Made by a program: the position numbers and the translations under genes. A DNA stretch of 64,000 bases from the NCBI RefSeq assembly GCF_031769215.1, contig NW_026782275.1, forward strand, positions 496,001 through 560,000, written 5' to 3'. The notes beneath the pieces were generated by a model. The model worked only from the letters and a program-made list of their open reading frames with translations. It had not been told where the DNA came from and ran no database searches. Source of the stretch: Ylistrum balloti. Its lineage: Eukaryota. This document shows, piece after piece, positions 10,781 through 23,904 of this stretch; within the stretch, counting starts at the first letter, position 1; every line of letters starts with the position of its first letter.

Positions 10781-13700
10781 TGATTTGTTGTAATTGGTTG
10801 ACAGATAATATAATCACGACAGTTTACATATGTACCTTGTAGTGAAGGTATCTTTGTAATGGTGACGTTAGTACTGTCTGTTTATAACAAACATGGCTTC
10901 AGGACAAGATAGCTATCTTTTAATTTGCAGTTGGCAAGTTTTGGCCAAGGTTCGTTAATCTTGCAACACTTTATTGACCCTGAATAGAACTACTTTGCTT
11001 TCAAGACATGATGTTTAAAGGGTAAAAGATGAACATTTCATTACAGGAGTATATCCTCACAGTACTTAGCAACCTTCGAACTGATTTAGCTGTGGAAATG
11101 TTTGACAATATTATGGTTTAAAACACAAAGTATTTGACTAGTACATATGGTATTCTTGGATGAAGCACAAAATAATCTGTGAAAAACATGACTGTGGCCC
11201 ATATTCAAGGGATTCTATGGGTAGGTTCATGACTGGGGATTAAGGCTGACAATGTTTGTATAAAGAAATGACCTTGACCTATATTCAGTGTCACAGGGTC
11301 TAATTTAACAGAAGACTGAAATAATCTAAAAGGCCAAGCATTGTGGTATTTGGTCCTAGAATGAATCCTTCCACAGTTTTAGAAAAAAACCTCTGATCTA
11401 TATGCAAGGTAACGAATAGGAATAAAAAAAAAAAACAAAGAAGGATCCAGCACTGGTAGATGGTTTATGTGTAGCAGTGATCATTGTGATATAACCCTGC
11501 TAGTTTTTCAAGTTATTTTAAATTAATTGGATTTTGATCCACCCATTCGTGTCAATAATTTGAGATGTAAATGTATTTATGAAAGGTATTGAATACCGAG
11601 AGAGCATTGCAGGCCCATCACCCCTTTTGTTACCTCTCCAATGATCACTGACATACTTTAGACGAGCCCTGTTTTTACCTCCCTTACTAATCACTATAAG
11701 AGATAAAACTTACATCCGTTTACATCAACCGTTGACATATCTACCTTTGTAAATTCTTAATTAATAGTGAGGCATGACCTGTTCTGACTTTATGGTATCA
11801 TTTGAACACAGGATGGGTGCCTATAGTTTGCTCTCCTTCGAGTTTAAATGGGGTAAACTTTTCAGGGATCAGACTTTATTTACCATGAATCTGAAAGTTA
11901 AAGATGGTATGTTTACATCATTTTCCTGACATTTTCAGTAACAGTTCACAATTTGGCAACTTATCAACCTGTGGGTGGTCAGCTAACCGCTTGCTTTAGT
12001 TTTATTATCATCACCTATCAAGCTTTTATTCAAAACAAGTTTCTAATGGTCAGGGAATTTGGAAGTCTAGTTTGACAACAATGTCAAGCAGACGTTTAGG
12101 GCTAGGTAAATTGTTAAATGGATCTTAATAAATATCTGTAATGGACAGCTGACCATGAATCTGGGTCCCTTTTTAGCTTGAGTGAAAGATATACAGATCT
12201 TATACTCTGTAGTTTTGCAGCATGGTAATTCATCTTTATGCCTAATTATTGTAGTGATATTTTGTTTTTCAAACAGATTGGACGGTTTTATTATTTCAAA
12301 ATTGTTAATTTTTACAGTGTAAAAAAATATTTTTACATCGCAAAAACAGAATTGTTATTTATTCATAATTCAGTTACACCTAATATTTTTACAGTCAGAA
12401 TGAAAAAAAAATTGATTAGATAAAAAGGAAAGAAAAAAGTCATTAATATGAGTAAAGAGTTTTATCAGTCAGCTTAAAAATTCAGCATTACTAAGGTACA
12501 AAAAACTCCAAATAAGATACCAAGGGTGATTAAAAGGTCAGATTTCCATGTCACCATGGAAGAAAAAGTGTCATGACGTCTAAAAGTATGTTGAAAGTTA
12601 AGCATATTTTGTTTCTTATAAAACATAAAAGTTTGCACAACCATTTTTTGAAAATCATTAAGAGTTTGTAAACAATGGCTTTGACAAGAATGACATGTTG
12701 TGTTAACCTTTCTAGAGATAGAGTAATAGATGGATTTTATGAAACATTATAACAAAAAGAGTTCAGATTAAAAAAGTAACCAAACTGCAATGATGACTCA
12801 TGAGTACAATTTAGGTCTTTAAAGGATATTGTACTTTGAGTATAATTTATAAATTTATTATTTTTTGGAATTCTTTTTTTTTTTCACTTTTCTTACACAT
12901 CTTTTTTGTTGTTGATCATCAGTTATTTTCTGTCAGTTTTGGGTTTTTAATTTTTTATTTTTTTTTGTTTTTATTTTTTTTTTTATTATGTCCTTTTCAA
13001 CTTATTAATTTAATATTTTATTTTTTTCTTATTTTTCAACTTAAAGATCATTGACGTCTTTATCTGTGTCAGTCGCAGCAGAATCTCTGACATTGTCGTT
13101 ATATCTGGTAGATTGATCAGATTTACCAATTCACTGACAAGGACTTGAGTCCCTGTCTCTGTTGTCATTTTCAGGTTTCACCATCATGTGATCATGACAT
13201 GTTCAAAATCGTGTTGTCAGTATTTTCAGTGATCCCATTAAATAACCCTATGTCATTATGTTTCAATCCTCCAACACAAGATATTTATAAACAACACATT
13301 GTATGGTGCAGTCAAGCAAACAGATTTATGTAAAGGTTGTCACAGGTCACATGATATGTGTATTTCTTAAACTTCAGTGAAAAGGCTGGTATATCTAATA
13401 CAATGATGTGATCGACCCACATGAAATAATCCACCGACAGCAAACTGTCCTCGGCCATCTCTGTTCAAAACAACACATGGTGACGGACAACATCTACAAT
13501 TGATGATAGCTAAAGCTGGAATTGATGTTGGTGATCTTTTAACAAACAGTGTTATGATTTTGTAAATAGGCTAATTTCAAAGCCTGTATTAAGTCAAACA
13601 CAGAAGAGAAAAAGAAGAAATCTAACTGTTGTAAAACCATTTTACCAAATATTGTCAAAATTGTCTATGTCCAGAAAGGTATGAGTTAGATGATGGCATT

Positions 13701-15872
13701 TCTAAGGCTGGAAAAGTTACAAAAAAGTACATTGATAAATTCAAAGAATTAAATCTAATTGGTAATGAAAATTTATAATTTTGTTTCATCATTTCTCATG
13801 TGTGCTAAAAGGTACTTTGAATGTACAGAGTAGTTATGTAAATTAATTTAATCAACGACCTTTCAGTGGAAGACTGTTATACCTATCTCAATGTAACTGA
13901 TTTATACCTGATGTGACACTAAGTAAGGTGGCTGTAGTGTGTTTTCTGTATCATTGCTATATTGATGTAATGTTTTTGATACACACAGAGGTATATCTAT
14001 CCTTCTGTCACAATTACAAACTCCAGTTAACTTAGTGATGGTGGTGTGTTGTTAGATAACAGGGATATATACTGCCTTGATACCTGAGTTACACCTGATC
14101 TGGTAGGAATGACCTGAGGAGGACACACCATAGCGCTGTAAGTAGCTTGTAGGAGACCACCAGGCAGCTGAGTGGTCATCATTTGAAGAGATGATATTTC
14201 AAGCCATATTTAGAGTATCTTTAAGCTGAACAGACAACTTTGCTTGTGTTGATCTGTTTGTCATCTGTAGATTTTTGAATGCTACCTTTGTTTTTATTTG
14301 TTGATAAACATGTTGTAAGTGGTTATTTGTGGTAGATTAGCTGATAATAACAAACTTCTTTCTGTTGATTGTAATGGTGGTTAACAGAGTGACAAAACAG
14401 ACTTATTGTGAAGGTAGGCATTTGACGGCATACATACACAGTACAATGTCAATGTGTATTTCCAGCTTAATTAAACCAAAGCCAGCTTAAGAAAAGGTAC
14501 TATGATATTAACTGTATACATACGCTGATATTTCACAGAGATTTCGCATTTTACATATACAAACAAAAACCATGATAATTGTATATAGATGTGTGGGACT
14601 TTGATCATCACATTAGCACAATCAATTAACGAAAAGGATAATCATATATAAATCTAGATTATATCATTTTCATTAAATATTGACATTTAAATTTTTTGTG
14701 TTTTTGAAAAATTACTCTATTGACATTAATTACTTTCCAGATCTTAGTCAGCCTTAGCGTTTCATTCTCATTTACACATTTTTTCTTGTGATACATACAT
14801 ATATATAGAAAATCATCAATGCTATTTTATGGAATTAAATTTGTCTTGTGATTGTATTGTATTGTAATTGCAATCAATTTTAACATTAATGAGAAAAGAA
14901 AGAGATAAAGAAGGATTTTGAGGGGTCAAACTTAAAAAAATTTAAAAAAAAAAAGAAAGGAAATCAGACTATTTCGATTAAACCTTGTTCATTTAGACGA
15001 TGCTGTAGTTAAAATGTATCAAAATTTGAATAAATTTTGGGATTATAATGTGAGTGAAGATTTTACTTGACAGACATGAAAAACTGATGTATCATGATCA
15101 GTGATCCCTTTAGGGAGGGTTATATTTATTTAATGGTGTACTTGTTGTATAAATAGATCTTCCGTAGATCTTCACTGTAAATATCACGATCCCATTACTA
15201 AATATCATTTATACAAGTTAATGGCTGCTGGATTTACATGTGTATTGCAAAATCATAACCCTGTACCCAGTGTCCCATTGAGATATATTTTCAGATCTAC
15301 ATCCTGGTTCAGTTGTCATTCATTGACATGATTTCACATCATACCACTAAACTTCTCATTTTACAAAAGGATGTCAGTATATATATACTGTATAAAGTAA
15401 GATATTCATGTGTGTTATGTATCTGGGTTGGGGATTATTGTCACCAGCACATTCAATTAACACAAAGCTATATATGTAGATTGAATTGATATAATTTTAA
15501 GGGATTTTCAATTCTGATTAATGTGAATATCACTCAAAAAACATCTTATAATACTAAATATAGTCTACTTTTATAGAAAATCTGATGTATCAAAAATTTG
15601 TGATCTTTCATGAAGTCAATTTTCAGTATAAGGGTATATTATATATACCAGAACATATTGTGAGCAGACATCTTTTTTCTTTTATTTGTAGATTTTTATT
15701 GATTCGTCATTAGGGTTAGGGTTAGGTTAAAGAAAGTGATAGTTCTACAATACTCAAAACATTTTTCTTGATCTCTTAAACTGGAGGTCAAACAGGAATG
15801 TATGACAGACAATGGCAGTACATTTGATAAGAACCTATGCTTGCTGAAATCATTCTCTTTTATCACTGGCTT

Positions 15873-16022
15873 GTAGCAATGCTTTTGGGAGATGAGGGCC
15901 TGTATGGTATACAATCACAGGGGCCTGTAGCAATGTTTTTGGGAGATGAGGGCCTGTATGGTATACAATCACAGGGGCCTGTAGCTATGTTTTTGGGAGA
16001 TGAGGGCCTATATTGTATACTA
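15873..16022. repeat. 54-bp tandem repeat, ~2.7 copies
   Basis: gtagcaatg.ttttgggagatgagggcctgtatggtatacaatcacaggggcct repeated; explains the repetitive ORF 15837-16076. Confidence 0.9.
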
Positions 16023-18230
16023 TCACATGTGATGATGACTGACTTAACTACAGATGATGTCTATCATGACCACTGATGACTGCATGTACATATAAGGTTT
16101 TACCACAGTGCTATAGACTCTCTTGTTTATTTCTCCTTTGTGGCTGTACATATAGTGATTAGATCCCACACATTATCACCCACATGTTCAAAAATTTTCC
16201 ATTAATTTGACATGATTTGCCACTGTTACACTCCTGTAGCTTCCTGTTTGTTTGACGTCTGTGTCTGACAGATGTCCTTATAAGAAGCTGCAGCTAGGGC
16301 TGGTCAGTTTTATACAGCGTATAACTGTGTAGGCTGGTACAATATAATTATCAGTCATTTTACTGATACGTAATTATCTCTCTATCAAATGTGTGTGGTC
16401 ATGTGGTAAATAAGTACCCACAGGTTGACTTCTCTCATCACTCAGCCATGATAAAGGTTGGTCAGTTTACGTATTCTTACTGCATAAGATATGGACACAG
16501 TTAACAAAACGTTGAATATAAAATGATAGCAAATATGAAACTGGATCGCATCATGGATGTCACATGTATCAGATATTGAATTTTTAACCAAGTTCATGTT
16601 AAAAAGCTTTGTATAGTTGGTGCTAAACCAACATATATAAGTGATATAATTCATGGTTTTTTTCTCTGTACAAAATATCTCTTTAATGTAAACAAATACT
16701 TATGCCTGCCTTGTTCCTGAAGAGACTGTTTCAGTCTTGGGGAATCATATCCGCAAATGTATTTGTCTTGATGGAAGCATTAGATAGAAATTTCACATGT
16801 TTAATGTTTCTGAAGAGGAATTGCTCTTTCACATGATTTACTATCACTATCCATATGATCTTGTCTTAGACCATCAAAAGTCATTGAAAGAATAGGGAGC
16901 GTATAATTACAAGGATCTGTTTTAGATGACCTATAGTGTGGCTTCATCAAATCAGATGCATTCTCAATGCAAAACAGCTTTGAAATAATTTCTTAATTCG
17001 AAAGTTTATGAAATACGAGAATGTCTTGTAACACAAATATATAGTTGTACGAGGGAGCAGATCTTAAGTCTTGATAGTACAGTTTTGTTGCCCATCCTTA
17101 AATCATACTATTCTGATGGAACCAGGGAATTAAAGTCAAAGGAACAACTTCTATTTATAATTCATTTACATATGGCAACCTTTGCCAAAGTTTGATTTTG
17201 ATGTTTTGCCCATTAAACAAACAGTTGAAATAGTTGTTTGTATGTACACTGTATCTATAATTGGGCTTTAACAAAGGTGAAGGTTTTATGAAAGGTTGAA
17301 AGAAACTCAGGGCAAATGCTTGCCCTCCATACACTATTTTTTGAAAAAAGTTTGTACCTCATGGAAACAGTACATCAGATCAGCAAACGTATACAAATTG
17401 GCCTGATAATGTGATATATCCTGAAGTATATGCAGTATCGTTTAAATAAGAGACACCTGCCAATGCAGGGACAGTGCTAGTTAAGTAGGTAGAAGATCCA
17501 AAATGTGTGGTTAGATAGTCCCTGTGGTGCTATGTGTTTGAGAAGCTGAGAAACAGCTAGACTGGTCTGTCATGGATCTGTCATGGGACAAGGCATTTTA
17601 CTCTAATTGTTCTGGAGGGCATGGCCTGGCATTTCACATGTTGATCAGTGAGGTAACTAACAGCTTATTCAAGCAGATCCCCCCAAAAATAACCTTGACT
17701 CTTCAAAGGGCAATAACTCCAGGAAACCAACAATTAACAGATGTAGATATTGATAATATTCTCAAAACATTTTTATATGCGATTTATTTTTGGAGTCCTC
17801 TGATATTTCTGTACCTGGTCCTTAGAAAGAGCCTAATTATCGCCAGCAGACAAAGGACTTATTAAGTTACAGACTAAAACATAAAACTGTAGAGCAGTGG
17901 TTATTGCTGAGATTGTTAAACTGTTGACAGGAATGTGTCTTAATTGCCTTTCAGATTGATCTGATGATAACAGATATACATGGTATTGAAGCCTTGTACA
18001 CTCTGTGGTAGATCAAAAGATACAGAAAATGAATTAGAAATAAGTCTGCATAATGTGTACACGTAAGAATTTAACGAGGGCTGAAAGCCTTCACACATTT
18101 TAAAATACCTTTTTATCCAATGGTTTTCGCACCTGTCTGTGATTGGTGTGGATTTTGTTCTCTACAGAATTATTGAATTGTTAATTTATGTTTCTTTCAG
18201 AATTAACCTGAGCAGTCCACAACAGTCAAC

Positions 18231-18404
18231 ATGAACAATATGAATATGTCAATGGGAACCACATCCATGTCCGGCATGGGAGACAAGATGACCGGCATGA
18301 CCGGCATGACAGGCATGGGAGGCATGGGAGGCATGGGAGACACGGGAAACGGTATGGGTGGTATGCACATGGGCGGTATGCCTGGAGGTATGCCAGGAAT
18401 GATG
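18231..18404 (+). CDS. SLC31A1: CTR1 copper importer, first coding exon (exon starts 18201): Met/Gly-rich ectodomain MNNMNMSMG...GGMPGGMPGMM
   Basis: tttctttcAG acceptor at 18199-18200; ATG at 18231; donor ATG|GTGAGT at 18404/18405; phase 0. MxM and MxxM Mets motifs are typical of Ctr proteins. Confidence 0.9.
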
Positions 18405-18453
18405 GTGAGTACTACCAATGTCAGTCATGGGGGAGGGTGTGAGTGGTGTGGAC

Positions 18454-18519
18454 ATGGGCGGTATGCCTGGAGGTATGGGAGGCATGATGATGAGTACTAC
18501 CAATGTCAATTATGGGGGA
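18454..18519 (+). repeat. Degenerate duplicate of the CTR1 exon end and donor region (second copy with GT changed to AT)
   Basis: catgggcggtatgcctggaggtatg...atgATgagtactaccaatgtcaattatgggggag copies 18368-18433 catgggcggtatgcctggaggtatg...atgGTgagtactaccaatgtcagtcatgggggag. Confidence 0.9.
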
Positions 18520-19679
18520 GTGCATGATTTTATAGATTAGAGCCCCACTGTTAGAGTCTGGCTTGTAGGTCCTTCTTTTAAGAAACTACTTTGATTTGAT
18601 CACATGCCTATTAATATGGATACAGTCATCCTTGTTCAGTTGAGACTTGAGAGAAAATGAATACCTTCTGTTATAGTGATATTCAGTGATAATTACACAT
18701 TTCATATTACTTAGATAAAAAAAAAACTTCAAAAACGTTTAACTATACTGGACAGATTTGTGATATGTTATACTGTTATCTATCTACCCATTTCCTAATC
18801 TACAAACGTACTGATAGTACTCTTAAAGTAGGTATGACTAAATAAGGAATTCCTGTGTCTACAGAGTCATTGAAAGCCTGTATATGTTGTTGACAGGATA
18901 CATCCAGAATTACGATTGTTATTTATTGGTCTTGGAGTGTCTTTACTCCAGGATCACTATTTTATCACTTTTAGTGAGTACTCTGTTTACAACAAGCCTC
19001 CACTGTAGATCCTGAACAAATTTTACTGAAGTAATTAAAGCATTGGAGAGACAATATGTCTCCACCTCCCTGAATTTTTTTGTTATTTAGTCAAATATTG
19101 ACAAAGAGATATTTAAACAACTTAGAGCAGATTATAGATTTTATTACACAATATTAGAACAGAAAATTAAAGATTGTATAACACAAGATTAGATCAAGGA
19201 ATGACAAAATTATGTTGTCTTACACTAGTTTCAATAATTCAAATCTTATTCATGTACATTTCTCAGTGTATACAGTATACATAATTACATACATCGTACA
19301 GAGGAATAAACAGTGATATTGACTTAACAATATCAATCTGTACAGTAACGGCTTGATATACTTCTCCCGTCTACATGTCACAGGTCACAATTCCCGTTCT
19401 GTAGTATCAAATCATTTATAGTGTAAACTGACCTCACATTCCATAGTTACTGACAAAAGAATAATAAATCTATAGAGAGTTCATTTAAATAAATTTACAT
19501 AAATTGTTTTAGCTCATTATCATAGATTATTAAAAGTGATTGTTGTCATGATCTGATGTTATACACATAGTAAATAGCTCTGTCCAATTACAGGTGTGGA
19601 CACAAAAAATGGCCTAATATAGATGTGGGTTTTAGACTGATGTAGAGATAATTATTGATGTGGGTATCAGACTTTTACA

Positions 19680-21435
19680 AAAACATATACAGGTGTAGGT
19701 ATCAGTCTTATACAAAGGTAATTACAGGTGTGGGTGTCAGTCTTATCCAAAGGTAATTACAGGTGTGGGTGTCAGTCTTATACAAAGGTAATTACAGGTG
19801 TGGGTGTCAGTCTTATACAAAGGTAATTACAGGTGTGGGTGTCAGTCTTATACAAAGGTAATTACAGGTGTAGGTGTCAGTCTTATACAAAGGTAATTAC
19901 AGGTGTGGGTGTCAGACTTATACAAAGGTAATTACAGGTGTGGGTGTCAGACTTATACAAAGGTAATTACAGGTGTCAGTGTCAGACTTATACAAAGGTA
20001 ATTACAGGTGTAGGTGGCAGTCTTATACAAAGGTAATTACAGGTGTAGGTGGCAGTCTTATACAAAGGTAATTACAGGTGTGGGTGTCAGTCTTATACAA
20101 AGGTAATTACAGGTGTGGGTGTCAGACTTATACAAAGATAATTACAGGTGTGGGTGTCAGTCTTATACAAAGGTAATTACAGGTGTAGGTATCAGTCTTA
20201 TACAAAGATAATTACAGGTGTGGGTGTCAGTCTTATACAAAGGTAATTACAGGTGTGGGTGTCAGTCTTATACAAAGGTAATTACAGGTGTGGGTGTCAG
20301 TCAGGTACAGCAATAAAGATAGAGATAATTACAGGTGTGGGTGTCAGTCTTATACAAAGGTAATTACAGGTGTGGGTGTCAGTCTTATACAAATGTAATT
20401 ACAGGTATGGGTGTCAGTCTTATACAAAGGTAATTACAGGTATGGGTGTCAGTCTTATACAAAGGTATTTACAGGTGTGGGTGTCAGTCTTATACAAAGG
20501 TAATTACAGGTGTGGGTGTCAGACTTATACAAAGGTAATTACAGGTGTGGGTGTCAGACTTATACAAAGGTAATTACAGGTGTGGATGTCAGACTTATAC
20601 AGCAATAAAGATAGAGATAATTACATTGGTGGGTGTCAGTCTTATACAAAGGTAATTACAGGTGTGGGTGTCAGTCTTATACAAATGTAATTACAGGTAT
20701 GGGTGTCAGTCTTATACAAAGGTAATTACAGGTATGGTCTTATACAAAGGTAATTACAGGTGTGTACAAAGTGTCAGTCTTATACAAAGGTATTTACAGG
20801 TGTGGGTGTCAGTCTTATACAAATGTAATTACAGGTATGGGTGTCAGTCTTATACAAAGGTAATTACAAGTGTGGGTGTCAGTCTTATACAAAGATAATT
20901 ACAGGTATGGGTGTCAGTCTTATACAAAGGTAATTACAAGTGTGGGTGTCAGTCTTATACAAAGATAATTACAGGTGTGGGTGTCAGTCTTATACAAAGG
21001 TAATTACAGGTGTGGGTGTCAGTCTTATACAAAGATAATTACAGGTATGGGTGTGAGTCTTATACAAAGATAATTACAGGTGTGGGTGTCAGACTTATAC
21101 AAAGGTAATTACAGGTGTGGATGTCAGACTTATACAGCAATAAAGATAGAGATAATTACATGGTTGGGTGTCAGTCTTATACAAAGGTAATTACAAGTGT
21201 GGGTGTCAGTCTTATACAAAGGTAATTACAGGCGTGGGTGTCAGACTTATACAAAGGTAATTACAGGTATGAGTGTCAGTCTGATACAAAGATGATTACA
21301 GGTGTTGATGTCAAACTTATAGAAAGAAAATTATTGGATAATTACAGGTGTGGGTGTCAGACTTATACAGGGAAAATTACAGGATTATCACAGGTATAGA
21401 TTTTAGATGTATACAGGGATAATTACAGGTGTGAG
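19680..21435. repeat. 35-bp minisatellite (tcttatacaaaggtaattacaggtgtgggtgtcag)n, ~45-50 copies
   Basis: Period 19741 to 19776. An aberrant unit (tacagcaataaagatagagataattac) recurs at ~20306, ~20598 and ~21133. Confidence 0.97.
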
Positions 21436-21547
21436 TGTAAGACTTATTAAGTCACAGACATCCTATTAAAATGCTGATTTCTGATTGATTTGACTATTTG
21501 TGTCTCTGATTGTAGTTTTTGACTCATTAGAATAATTCTTTTTTCAG

Positions 21548-21617
21548 CAAATGTACTTCCACACTGGGGTAAAGGAGTACATCTTGTTTGAGACATTGCT
21601 CACCTCTACAGCTGGAG
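21548..21617 (+). CDS. SLC31A1: CTR1 coding exon 2: QMYFHTGVKEYILFETLLTSTAG
   Basis: tttttcAG acceptor, G|GTcagt donor; 70 nt, phase 0 to phase 1. Contains the conserved M-x-F-x-x-G...ILF motif upstream of TM1. Confidence 0.93.
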
Positions 21618-22059
21618 GTCAGTTTATAACCTTCATTCACTATTTGCTTAAGATATTAATATCTTCTGTGATATCAATGATAGAATTTCTCCCTTTTGGC
21701 TGTGTTGGACATATTGCTGACATTATGGCAATCTATACAGAAAAAAATCTATCAGGGTTTTTTTTATGAGATCATTCAATTTCACTAATAAATAATTTAG
21801 AAAGTTAAGGATATTTTGAGATCATTATGTAACATTTATACAAAAATAGGAAAATTAGCCCTGTTAATTTCATTATAATTCTTTTTCACAACTTTCTGCT
21901 TAGTGTTCTGTGGTTGATTTAACATACAGTTTTGGTTTTGTAAATGAAGTGATTTCACACTTGAGCGTTGTAACAAACAATGACTTATCTTAACGCTTAT
22001 ATAAGGAGAAGTGTAAGACGATTTGTAATTCTTTTGATTATATATATTGACACTTCCAG

Positions 22060-22243
22060 ATATGGGCGGAGCTTGTGTGGCAATATTTTTCCTGGCAGTA
22101 CTCTACGAGGGCCTGAAGGTGCTTAGAGAGCACTTACTTAGGAAAAGTCTGACCACCAACAGATACAGCAGTGTCACTGCGACAGGAAATGGCTTCTCTC
22201 AAGACACTTCTGTCATAGATCCTAGCAAATCAAAAAACAACAG
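22060..22243 (+). CDS. SLC31A1: CTR1 coding exon 3: (D)MGGACVAIFFLAVLYEGLKVLREHLLRK...KSKNN(S), TM1 and loop
   Basis: cttccAG acceptor, AG|GTaggt donor; 184 nt, phase 1 to phase 2. Matches human [29 protein letters not shown]. Confidence 0.95.
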
Positions 22244-22378
22244 GTAGGTACTTTATCTTATCTATCACACCTGTTTCTGACCAAATTTGTTGTTGATGTT
22301 GATTATTTCAGTGCATTGCTGTCTTTGAATGGAGTGAAATGTTTATTGTGTTTGCAATTTGAGATTGGATGGGGTGGG

Positions 22379-22830
22379 GATATTGTTTTGTCAGGTCTGT
22401 CCATCTGTCCGTTAGTCAAATTGCGATTAAACCCTGGCAATGTTAGGTAGGATGAGGAGGTGATATTGTTTAGTCAGGTCTGTCCATCTGTCCGTCAGTC
22501 AAATTGTGATTAAATCCTCGCTATGTTAGGTAGGATGGAGAGGTGATATTGTTTAGTGAGGTCTGTCCATCTATCCATCTGTCTAACTGTTGTACCTCTG
22601 CTATGTAATGTTAAGGAGGATGGGGAGGGGATATAAGTTTTGAGAGGTCTGTCCATTTGTCTGTCAATCTAATTGTTATAACCCTGCTATGTTCTGTAGG
22701 ATGGGGAGGAGATATAGATTTGAGAGGTCTGTCCATCTGCTATGTATGATCGGATAAAGAGGCAATATTGTTTTGTCAGATCTGTCCATCTGTTTGTCAG
22801 TCTAAATATTACATCCCAGCTATGTTAGGA
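22379..22830. repeat. Degenerate ~83-bp tandem repeat with gtctgtccatctgtc motif, 5-6 copies
   Basis: gatattgttt..gtcaggtctgtccatctgtcc at 22379, 22462, 22545 and more divergent copies after. Confidence 0.8.
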
Positions 22831-23904
22831 AGGGGTGGGTATTATTTTGATTCATATTTACCCAATAGTATCATAACATCAAGTTATACATCCTATATTA
22901 ATTTGGTCATTGTTCAAGGTTAAAAGATCCAAGGTTACATTTTGCTTGGGAGTGGAAGGGAAAATGTCTTATAGTATACATGTACCTTGGATGCATTTGA
23001 ATGTATGATTTAACAAAGGTCAAGGTCACTGTTACTAGAATCCTTAGTTTGACTGTTCCACCATTCAGTATTGTAATCAATCTACCTTAGACAAGTCTTG
23101 ATATCCATTTGATAAATTAAAGGTCAAGGTCACATACTATAGAATTTAACCATTGCTGTATACTGTGTATGGTGTTTAACATGTATTGCCCACAAGTTCT
23201 AAAATGGACGTCTAGGTCAAATGGCTTGGTCATATGCTTAAAAAAGCTATTTTCACTTTCATTTTCAAAATTCATAGCTTTAAAGTGGTCTGTACATGAG
23301 AAAAAAATCAAAGTCCTCAACTGGAGACCAAAAATGCAGAATCTGTTTGGTAATTGTGATTTGTGTAACACCTTGATACAGACTTGAAAAGATAATCACA
23401 AGCTCTCGCCTGAAACGTGCAATAAATTTTCCAGCCTCTATTAGATATATATAAGTTGCCACCTGGTGCTACAGTGAAATAACTCAGAAGCAAAAAAAAA
23501 CTATATTCTTCCTTTTGAGGATAAGGAGAAAGAGAAGGATTTAAAATGCACATGTTGCAAAATGGATATGTATTATATACATCAATACATTGTATTGACA
23601 TTGGCTTAAATACTTAGAACATGGTGCTTATACAAATAATATTATCATTAGGTTTAAACAGCTTCTGATATTCAATGGTTTGTCCAACTGTTACCAGATA
23701 CCGCTACTTAAAACCTGACCACGCATAAAACTAGGTGTCTCTTTATGTATCTGTAAAATAAAACCATTTTATATACAGTTTACTTTAAGAAATGTCTCAA
23801 GACTGGCTACTTTTAAGCTTACCTGGTCTAAAGGGATAACTGAATGCATTATCTGCTGCTTTGCTGAACCTTCTTGAAAAGGTGACGAAATTGCATGCCT
23901 TTCT

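Noticed and set aside
12840-13030. Hydrophobic Phe-rich ORF 12836-13054
   Set aside because: Poly-T low-complexity sequence.
16028-16076. Possible box C/D snoRNA (GTGATGA...CTGA)
   Set aside because: Only ~48 nt between boxes, no convincing terminal stem and no recognisable rRNA guide.
18203-18509. Minus-strand Pro/Met-rich and His-rich ORFs
   Set aside because: Antisense shadows of the CTR1 Met/Gly-repeat exon.
20370-20898. ORFs 20370-20573 and 20662-20898
   Set aside because: Translations of the 35-bp minisatellite.
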